A stretch of DNA of 63,270 bases, filler included. It is 8 parts of 8 records of this genome, joined end to end, with 100 filler letters (N's around TTAATTAATTAA, not from the genome) between each part and the next. Parts side by side here need not be neighbours in the genome. Positions count along the whole stretch, not along the records: positions 1 to 5,519 come from SRR31156797_40395; positions 5,620 to 10,973 come from SRR31156797_40405; 6 more parts are not named here. One strand, written 5' to 3'. Under the pieces are notes generated by a model. That model ran no database searches. It saw only the letters and a program-made list of their open reading frames with translations, and had not been told where the DNA came from. The position numbers and the translations under genes are program-made. Positions 1-7,678 of this stretch are shown here, piece after piece; the stretch's first letter is position 1, and each line of letters begins with the position of its first letter.

Positions 1-179
1 TGTAGTGCAAGTATTCGTAAATTTAATATCGAATTGTTTTTAAAAGATGATATTACACGTCCAAATTGGAAATGTAAAATCGATTTTAAAAATTGTGCGG
101 GTAAAATAACGGGCATAGGCGTATTATAGATACGTTGTTAGGGCTAATTAAAATTTACCATATTGAAAGGAATATAGAA

Positions 180-680
180 ATGAAATTTCGTTTAATCTAT
201 TTAATAACAATACTAATATTAGCAGGATGTTCTTCAATTGGAAGTTTATCCGGGAAATCATATAAGTATAAAAGCAAAAGGAGAATTCTAGAATTGAAAT
301 TTGAAAATGATAGTTTATGTACCTTAGAAAATACTTTTAAATGTAAAGACTTAAAACCTGAATTGCAGAAAATACTAATTAAATGCAAGTACAATAGAAT
401 TAATGACACCATTTTTATTCAAAACATTGAATGTGATGATAGTAATGTCAATTACGACATTGTAATTAATGTACCTACTCAAGAAAACTCAAAGTGTAAA
501 TTTTTAAATGAAAAGAATAGGAGAAGTGGTGAATTTCAAATAGGACCTTCTTATCAAACACAATATGAGAAACACGGACTAATTCCCAATATTGACTTGG
601 ATACTCTATATATTGTAAAGAATCATATTTTGCTTTTAAAACAGAATAAAAGGAGATCAATTGGGTTTATTTTCAAATAA
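180..680 (+). CDS. Hypothetical lipoprotein
   Basis: ATG at 180 gives MKFRLIYLITILILAGC, a signal peptide II with LAGC lipobox; no recognisable domain. Confidence 0.75.
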   Translation: MKFRLIYLITILILAGCSSIGSLSGKSYKYKSKRRILELKFENDSLCTLENTFKCKDLKPELQKILIKCKYNRINDTIFIQNIECDDSNVNYDIVINVPTQENSKCKFLNEKNRRSGEFQIGPSYQTQYEKHGLIPNIDLDTLYIVKNHILLLKQNKRRSIGFIFK

Positions 681-827
681 TGAGCTCTTGTTTTTACAGA
701 GAAATTCTAAGAGGAAGTTAAGATTAACTAGCACTAACAAAAGTTAAAATTAAAGAGCAACAAGTGTAATTCACCAGAAAATAAATACCTGATTGAATAA
801 ATGTTGATATATAATGTAAAAAATGTA

Positions 828-1592
828 ATGCCGAAATACATCACCATATGTATCTGTTTACTTTTATTTGCTTGCAACAATCGCGAAAATAAATTGCAGA
901 AAGTTGTTACTTATCATGAAAACGGAAAGATAAAATCTGAAAGTTTCAAATTAAATAATCAACGGCACGGTGAGTATAAAAGTTACTATACCAATGGTTG
1001 TCTGGAAGTCCGTGCTTATTTTAAAAAGGGAATACAAGATAGTATACAACAATATTATAACAAAGACGGAATAATAGAGCAAATATCACACTATAGAAAT
1101 GGGATTATTTGCGGAGAATTATTGGTATATGAAATGGGAAAATTATCATGTAAACAATCTTACATAATAAGAAATGATTCATCCTATTTAAATCAGTTTA
1201 TAAAATATACTGAAAATGGAAAAATAGATATTGGAACTAGTAATTACTTCTCATTACTTTCAATGAAAGACACAATTGAAATGGGAGAAGTATTTAGTGT
1301 AGATGTTAAACTAGAGGCATCCTATTTTAATATGAATATGATGGTCATTTTTGGTGATTTTGACAGCAATTATAAAAAATACACCTATTCAGACACATTG
1401 TCGGATAGAATGGATGAGAAAGTTGACTTCAAAGTGCATTATACAACTACTAAATATCACAAAGGAGAAAATATATTGAGAGGGATTATTCATGATTACA
1501 TTAGCTACTATGAGGATGAGTCAGAACAAAATATATTACATGATGTACGTACATTATTTTTTGAAATACCCTTTTATGTGAAAGCTAAATAA
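828..1592 (+). CDS. Lipoprotein with MORN-variant (YwqK-like) repeats
   Basis: MPKYITICICLLLFAC lipobox; repeats YHENGKIKSE, HGEYKSYYTNG, YYNKDG. Confidence 0.7.
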   Translation: MPKYITICICLLLFACNNRENKLQKVVTYHENGKIKSESFKLNNQRHGEYKSYYTNGCLEVRAYFKKGIQDSIQQYYNKDGIIEQISHYRNGIICGELLVYEMGKLSCKQSYIIRNDSSYLNQFIKYTENGKIDIGTSNYFSLLSMKDTIEMGEVFSVDVKLEASYFNMNMMVIFGDFDSNYKKYTYSDTLSDRMDEKVDFKVHYTTTKYHKGENILRGIIHDYISYYEDESEQNILHDVRTLFFEIPFYVKAK

Positions 1593-1707
1593 ATCTGAGG
1601 GAGTAATAAAAATTATTGGGAAGTTTTGATAAGACAGTAGTTGGATATCGCAAAAACAACATAGTAAGAACTGATTAGTTAATATATACGATTAAAAATC
1701 TTGTAAG

Positions 1708-3024
1708 ATGAAAAAGTTTCTTATCCTATTTATTTTGACAATCCCTTCTGTTTTATATGGACAAAAGGATGCTGCTCAACTTTTTGAACCGGCTTTGCTA
1801 AAAGCAGATATTGATACATTGATTTCTAAATTGAAGACATCTCATCCGACCTTTTCCCATTACTATCAAGAGAATAAATTAGAAAGTAAGATCGACAAGG
1901 TTAAAAAAACGATCGATACTCCTATGAGTGCTGCTGCTTTTTACCGGATGATGCAGCCCATAGTTTGTGTCGACGGACACACCTCTCTTCTTTATAATGG
2001 AGAGGTGTACCCTAACTATCCGAATCCCTTATTTCCATTTAAAATTGTCATATACGATCACACCATCTATATAAAAGAGAATCTTTCGGATCATAAATCA
2101 ATTTCAAAAGGGATGATTGTTGAAAAAATAAATGGTGTATCATCCAATGCTATCATTGATAATCTTACCAGATATGTGCCTGGCGAAAGAGATGTTTTTA
2201 AACTAAAAAAACTTGAAAAGAATTTTAACTACTATTATCAAATCGTATATGGAGCCTTTCCGGAATTTGACATTGTCGTAAATAAGAAAGAGTGGAAATG
2301 CAAAGGTGCAAATTGGTCGGATATTGAAGAAGCCAAAAAGCCAACTTTTGAATTGCGCTTTTACGATAAGAACATAGCCTATATTTGCAAACGGAAATTT
2401 TTCCCTCCTAATGAATTTATACATTTCATGGATTCTGCATTTCATGTGATTGCTGAAAAACCAATTGAATATTTAATAATAGATAATCTTATTGGTGGCG
2501 GACTAACTGATCTGTCGGATACTTTGATGACCTATTTTACTAATAAACCATTTTCTTCCTTCGAGAAAAAAGAAAGCAAAATAAGTTCTCTTACAAAGGA
2601 TTATGTCGATAGCAAAAAATCGAATGGATATCGTAAAGACGGCTATTTTATTCAGGAATTCCCAGCAAAAAGTCAAGATCGTAAGCATCGGTTCACAGGT
2701 ACCACATATATTTTAACAGGACCTTTATCCTACTCGGCTGCCACATGCTTTTCAGCCTCAGCCAAATGTTACAATACAGCGCTACTAGTTGGAGAAGAAT
2801 CGGGACAGCCTTTGCTAAGTAATGGTGGTATGGCTCATTTTATTTTGCCAACAACTAAAATGACTTGTGTTACATCTCTTGAAAGAGTGTATTTTCCATG
2901 CAATAATAAGGATACTATTAACGGAGTACAACCAGATTATGAGGTAGAACCCTCCTTAGATGATTTGTTAAATGATAAGAATTACAGTTTAGAGTATTTA
3001 TTGAAGATGATAAGAAAAAAATAA
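1708..3024 (+). CDS. S41 family (C-terminal processing-like) peptidase
   Basis: Signal peptide, D...HP, DGHT, PDZ-like KINGVS, SYSAA serine motif, VGEESG, GVQPDY. The usual DLRxNxGG reads DNLIGGG. Confidence 0.85.
   Translation: MKKFLILFILTIPSVLYGQKDAAQLFEPALLKADIDTLISKLKTSHPTFSHYYQENKLESKIDKVKKTIDTPMSAAAFYRMMQPIVCVDGHTSLLYNGEVYPNYPNPLFPFKIVIYDHTIYIKENLSDHKSISKGMIVEKINGVSSNAIIDNLTRYVPGERDVFKLKKLEKNFNYYYQIVYGAFPEFDIVVNKKEWKCKGANWSDIEEAKKPTFELRFYDKNIAYICKRKFFPPNEFIHFMDSAFHVIAEKPIEYLIIDNLIGGGLTDLSDTLMTYFTNKPFSSFEKKESKISSLTKDYVDSKKSNGYRKDGYFIQEFPAKSQDRKHRFTGTTYILTGPLSYSAATCFSASAKCYNTALLVGEESGQPLLSNGGMAHFILPTTKMTCVTSLERVYFPCNNKDTINGVQPDYEVEPSLDDLLNDKNYSLEYLLKMIRKK
2931..3024 (+). repeat. Direct repeat copy 1 (3' 94 bp of the S41 gene)
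   Basis: 83/94 nt identical to 3742-3835 by manual alignment. Confidence 0.9.
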
Positions 3025-3095
3025 ACGCAAACAGTTCTAAATAAGACGCTGATTATAAGGGTCTGTAATTTTTAAAAAAAACAGTTGTGTAACCA

Positions 3096-3734
3096 TTGAA
3101 TAAACACGAATCTATGACAAATAGGAGCAAAATAAAAACATTCTTTAACTCGAATAGGAAGGATTTTGAATACATCGAGGAATATAAAAAGAACAAGATT
3201 TTCTTTAATGACCTTTTACAAAACGGAAGACGGGAAGATATTGAATTTGTTCTCGAAATTAAAATATCCAACTATATCAGTCCTTTGAGTAGAGAAGGTT
3301 TTTACACAGAAGCATTAAAAGAACTAGAAGGAATCGAAATCTATTTAGAAAAGATAAGAACTCATTCAAAATTGTACAAACTTTATATTGAAGCATGTAT
3401 ATTTCAGCGAGGTTTATGTTTAGGCAGACTAAAAAGGTATAAAGAATCTAATATTGAATTTGAAAAATTATTAGAAAAACACCCAACTAATGATAATTAT
3501 ATTGACTGGTATAAAACGAATAAGAAAAAAAATCTTAACCGTTATTTTGAACTTGGAGCAATGATAAGTTTTGGAACATACTTACTTATTCTATTAATGG
3601 AATTTGTTAATAGCGAACTACATTTTCCGTCAAAAATAAAAGGTTATATTTTATTCATTGGAGCGACTTCAATTGTTTTGCCACATATCATTGACAAAAT
3701 TATCGATTCAGAAAAAATAGAGATGAATAAATAA
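3096..3734 (+). CDS. TPR-like protein with two C-terminal TM helices
   Basis: FQRGLCLGRLKRYKESNIEFEKLLEKHPTN TPR-like segment; hydrophobic C-terminus. Confidence 0.65.
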   Translation: MNKHESMTNRSKIKTFFNSNRKDFEYIEEYKKNKIFFNDLLQNGRREDIEFVLEIKISNYISPLSREGFYTEALKELEGIEIYLEKIRTHSKLYKLYIEACIFQRGLCLGRLKRYKESNIEFEKLLEKHPTNDNYIDWYKTNKKKNLNRYFELGAMISFGTYLLILLMEFVNSELHFPSKIKGYILFIGATSIVLPHIIDKIIDSEKIEMNK

Positions 3735-3741
3735 TCGTCAC

Positions 3742-3835
3742 ACCAGATTATAATGTAGAACCATCCGTAGTCGACTTGTTAAATGATAAGGATTACACTT
3801 TAGAGTATTTATTGAAGATGATACGAAAAAAGTAA
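3742..3835 (+). pseudogene. Orphan variant copy of the S41 peptidase C-terminus (direct repeat copy 2)
   Basis: Translates PDYNVEPSVVDLLNDKDYTLEYLLKMIRKK* versus PDYEVEPSLDDLLNDKNYSLEYLLKMIRKK*; no start codon. Confidence 0.85.
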
Positions 3836-3977
3836 AAAATGGATTCGAAGATATTATTCAAATTCAAATAGGAACAAAAAAGCATTTTTTAGGATTGCTT
3901 GCAAAAGTAGCAGAACTAGTTAGTAAACAACCAAAAGCTAACAAAAGTTAAAATTATTAGGCATTTCAATTATTAAT

Positions 3978-4775
3978 ATGAAACTATTACTAACATTTAT
4001 ACTAAGTGCAACTTTCTCGGTTCTTGTAGCTCAAGAAAGTGTTTTTAAAAAAATTGCAAGAGAAGATTCCTTGAAATTTCAAGAGTTTCTTCAATGTTTT
4101 GAGAAAAATGAAATTCCTACTTCGCTTTATAGCAAATTTTTCAGAAAAGAATACAATGAACATATTTCAAGTATCACTCCAAAATCAATTTTATGCAAGG
4201 CGAAGAATATTACCTTAATTGTTGAAGTGAATTGTCCTGCAGGTGGGTATTGCTCTACCTTCAGAATTGGGTGTTTTAAACCGAATGGAGACCTGATTCG
4301 CGAATTATCTCTAGGCTCTAACTCTTTAGATTTAATGGGGGGAGAAAATTGCGAGATTAACAAAGTAAGTAATAACTTGATTGAATCTACGAGCTTTGAA
4401 ACACAACTAAATGAAAGCATTGATGAGTACAAAATAGTAGGTGATATAGATTATGAATATTACTTCTATGATAGATATGGCTTTAAGAGAATTCAACCTA
4501 CTTACTCCCAAAACAGAATTTTTGCAATTTCCTCAAAAAAAGTACTTTCTGAACATGAATTAGAGACATACAATATTGAACAACTTGACATCATGCGAAA
4601 CGAAATATTTGCTGATTATTCTTACAAATTCAAAAGTGAAAAATGGCAGATTTATTTTAAATCTAAAAGTTGGTATGTACCCAAATATGATAATGTAAAT
4701 GATTTATTAACTGAGATTGAAAAGGTTAATTTGAAGCGAATTTTAAAAATCAAGAATAGAAAGACAAAACAATAA
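3978..4775 (+). CDS. Exported YARHG-domain protein
   Basis: Signal peptide; C-terminal LDIMRNEIFADYSYKFKSEKWQIYFKSKSWY...LTEIEKVN matches the YARHG pattern. Confidence 0.8.
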   Translation: MKLLLTFILSATFSVLVAQESVFKKIAREDSLKFQEFLQCFEKNEIPTSLYSKFFRKEYNEHISSITPKSILCKAKNITLIVEVNCPAGGYCSTFRIGCFKPNGDLIRELSLGSNSLDLMGGENCEINKVSNNLIESTSFETQLNESIDEYKIVGDIDYEYYFYDRYGFKRIQPTYSQNRIFAISSKKVLSEHELETYNIEQLDIMRNEIFADYSYKFKSEKWQIYFKSKSWYVPKYDNVNDLLTEIEKVNLKRILKIKNRKTKQ

Positions 4776-4822
4776 ATAGAAGATTGTAATTCTTTGTAAT
4801 ATATCATCCAAATAAAATAAGT

Positions 4823-5257
4823 ATGGAACTGTTAAATATTATGATTGGAACTTATGGCTTACAGCTTGCTCTTGTAATGCTATTGATAGTGATCTTAGTA
4901 GAAGTAGTATATATAAGTAAAAAGCTATTTCAACAATTCATCAATCTAAACGTAATTATTGCTGTTACCATTTCAAATAGTAGCAGTACTATTTTTGGCT
5001 TTTTAACTTTAGGTATTTTTTGGAGAGCCTTGATTGACTGGTCAATTGAAGCATTTACACTAGATATTGATCATTCTTCTGTATATTTTAAGATAGCCTT
5101 CTTTTTAATCGCATGGTTTTTAACGATTCTAATTGAAATTCCTATAAATACAATCTTCCTAAAATCTAAAAAAATAAGAAGCAGGATTTGGATTAACACC
5201 ATTTACGCCAATATTATAAGCTACTTGTTATTAATATTAGTGACAAAAGGAATTTAA
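4823..5257 (+). CDS. Hypothetical membrane protein (about 4 TM)
   Basis: Hydrophobic ORF with ILIEIP and ANIISY segments. Confidence 0.65.
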   Translation: MELLNIMIGTYGLQLALVMLLIVILVEVVYISKKLFQQFINLNVIIAVTISNSSSTIFGFLTLGIFWRALIDWSIEAFTLDIDHSSVYFKIAFFLIAWFLTILIEIPINTIFLKSKKIRSRIWINTIYANIISYLLLILVTKGI

Positions 5258-5519
5258 TACCTATAGCATGAGTTTAAAAATAAAAAAACAAGAAGGTAAT
5301 TCTATCATACCCCCACTACCACACCAAAAGATTAATTTCATCGAACTATGTTTCGTGCAACAATAAAAATGTTGATAGTATTTTCTTGGAGGATTTAAAG
5401 TAAGGTTTGGATTCTATAATAGGTATAGTTGTAGTGTATGGTGCTAACGAACTACATGTTTCACTGTTTTTATCCTCTAGCCAGATGGGCTCTTCCTTTT
5501 TGCATGGATCAAAAAGGAA

Positions 5520-5619
5520 NNNNNNNNNNNNNNNNNNNNNNNNNNNNNNNNNNNNNNNNNNNNTTAATTAATTAANNNNNNNNNNNNNNNNNNNNNNNNN
5601 NNNNNNNNNNNNNNNNNNN
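5520..5619. other. Artificial contig linker
   Basis: N run containing TTAATTAATTAA (stops in all frames). Confidence 0.98.
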
Positions 5620-5854
5620 AGGGCTTTTGTTTTTTGGTGGGGTAATAATAAGGGTAATAATAAATAATTTTAAAATTGTTTTAGATCGGAATTCAGTACT
5701 TGCTATTAATATTGACATCAAAAACTGAATTAACAATAATATTGTTTAGCAAAATTGGTTCACTCATTTCCTGAAAATACCGGCACGAATATCATAAACC
5801 CACACCGGCTTATCAGATTTATGGGAAACGTATTTTAAGTTATCAAGGAAAAAA

Positions 5855-5989
5855 TCAGGGTACGATTCTTACCATGCCGGATTTCCATTTTTCAGTAGCC
5901 ACACAAATAGTTTTGATCACAATGAATGCATATCCACCAGCGATAACCATTCCGGTAAGCAACATGATGATTGATAGATTCTTCTTCAT
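5855..5989 (-). CDS. 44-aa small membrane/secreted protein (not in ORF track)
   Basis: MKKNLSIIMLLTGMVIAGGYAFIVIKTICVATEKWKSGMVRIVP*; lies downstream of the promoter-like motif at 6074-6110. Confidence 0.5.
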   Translation of the reverse strand: MKKNLSIIMLLTGMVIAGGYAFIVIKTICVATEKWKSGMVRIVP

Positions 5990-6073
5990 TTGGTTTTGGT
6001 TTTTGATTTTGCAAATCAACATTAAATTATTATCTGTTGTTTTAGGTCACATAGCTTTGCCTTTATAGCTAGC

Positions 6074-6110
6074 TGTTCTTCAAAAAGGGATTTTGTCAGG
6101 GATTTTAACA
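6074..6110 (-). promoter_or_regulatory. Putative ECF promoter, copy A
   Basis: Minus strand TGTTAAAAT-ccc-TGACAAAA-N12-GAACA; same motif at 10652-10689. Confidence 0.6.
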
Positions 6111-6253
6111 CAAAAAAAAATCGGTATTTTTTTATCTCTCTGATATAGAAAACGAAACAAAAATCAAAACCTTAACAATTGTTAATAAACGTTAATGTAT
6201 TGTTGTGCTTTTCATATTAGAGGAACAATATTACAGTGGTTGATAGGATTAAT

Positions 6254-6261
6254 TAATTTTG
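6254..6261 (+). promoter_or_regulatory. Bacteroidota housekeeping -7 element
   Basis: TAATTTTG matches TAnnTTTG, 35 nt upstream of the sigma ATG. Confidence 0.4.
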
Positions 6262-6295
6262 GTGTTGCAAAATTGATACATCCTAAACAACAATA

Positions 6296-6844
6296 ATGAA
6301 AGCTGAAAATAGAAGACTCATTGAACTGCTGATTGCCGGCGATAATAATGCCGTCCGAAATTTCATGAACAAGCACAGGGACATAATAAAATCGTATGTA
6401 CTTTCCAATAGCGGAATCCTGGGTGATGCCGAGGATGTGCTACAAGAAGGTTTTTTAAGATTCATGCTTAGAATTAAAACACTGGAAATCCACACCGTAA
6501 AAAACCTGGATGGTTATTTTATTACGATTTGTAAAAATGTTTGGCTAAAATATCTGCTCTACAAGAAAAACCAGAAAAAATATGTTGACACGGTAAAAGA
6601 GACGAAAATTGTAGAAAATGAAAGCGCCCAGGACCAGGAGGCCAAATTTGAGGAGAAAAAGGAACTTGTTATGCGGATGATGAGTAAACTTCCCGAGGAG
6701 TGTCAGCAGATACTCCTTATGCGAATGTATGGATACACCTATAAGGCGATTTTAACTATGGTGAAGCATGAAACGGTAGGAACGGTAAGAAACCAAAGCT
6801 ATGAATGTATTAAAGAATTAAGAAAACTGATAAAACGCAAATAG
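6296..6844 (+). CDS. ECF-type sigma-70 factor
   Basis: DAEDVLQEG, YFITICKNVW region 2; LPEECQQILLM..YGYTYKAI...TVRNQSYECIKELRK region 4. Confidence 0.92.
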   Translation: MKAENRRLIELLIAGDNNAVRNFMNKHRDIIKSYVLSNSGILGDAEDVLQEGFLRFMLRIKTLEIHTVKNLDGYFITICKNVWLKYLLYKKNQKKYVDTVKETKIVENESAQDQEAKFEEKKELVMRMMSKLPEECQQILLMRMYGYTYKAILTMVKHETVGTVRNQSYECIKELRKLIKRK

Positions 6845-6847
6845 AAA

Positions 6848-7627
6848 ATGCAAAAAAATACAACAGATCAGATCATTGCTTACCTCAACGGTGAGTTGAC
6901 CAGCAAAGAATCAGCACAGCTGAAAGAAAAAATTGCTGCGGACCAATCTGTGGCAGAAGAATTTCAAATGTTAAAAAGCCTGCACCAGTCGGCTCATGAC
7001 GAAGATTTCCTGGACCAACTTTTTGCCCTAAGGATGGAAAATAAACAAAAAAGTCGACATGGTTCCAATCCGGAAATTAGACCATATGCCAGTCGCGATA
7101 ATGTAAGGATTATCAGGTATCTTATTTATATTGCTGCGGCTGTGACCGTTTTAATGCTTGTGTATTTCATAACAGGCCAGGATAATGAAAACCATACACC
7201 AGAATCCCTGTTTGTAAAATACTACATCGGCTACGACCAGATTGTGGAGATGCGTTCGGGAGAAGATACCACCGGGAGGTTTGCCAACGGCATGAAGCTC
7301 TATAGCAGCGGCAACTGGGAGGGAGCCATTCATTCACTGAACCAGGCCCGCCAGAATTTTGAACTTACGGCGGCATTTTACATCGGGATGTGTTACCTGG
7401 AGCTTCAGGAGTATGCCAAAGCTGAAGCACAATTCCACCGGGTAATTGATCATTCAGGCGATTTCAGGCAGGAGGCGCAATGGTACCTTGCTTTAACCTT
7501 GTTGGCAGATAAAAAAGTTGAACAATCCGAAAAGCTTTTACAGGCCATTGTGAATCAGAAAAATCATTATTTTCGGGAGAAAGCTCAAAACCTAATGAAT
7601 GACCTGAAAAGTACCGAACCCGAATAG
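6848..7627 (+). CDS. Putative membrane anti-sigma factor with extracytoplasmic TPR domain
   Basis: 3 nt after the sigma gene; N-terminal IIAYLNGEL anti-sigma-like helix, TM (YLIYIAAAVTVLMLVYFIT), TPRs (FYIGMCYLE, AQWYLALTLL). Confidence 0.8.
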   Translation: MQKNTTDQIIAYLNGELTSKESAQLKEKIAADQSVAEEFQMLKSLHQSAHDEDFLDQLFALRMENKQKSRHGSNPEIRPYASRDNVRIIRYLIYIAAAVTVLMLVYFITGQDNENHTPESLFVKYYIGYDQIVEMRSGEDTTGRFANGMKLYSSGNWEGAIHSLNQARQNFELTAAFYIGMCYLELQEYAKAEAQFHRVIDHSGDFRQEAQWYLALTLLADKKVEQSEKLLQAIVNQKNHYFREKAQNLMNDLKSTEPE

Positions 7628-7678
7628 ATCAATAAAGTATTGAAATTCTCCCGTTGCCTGCTACCCTCAATATCATAT

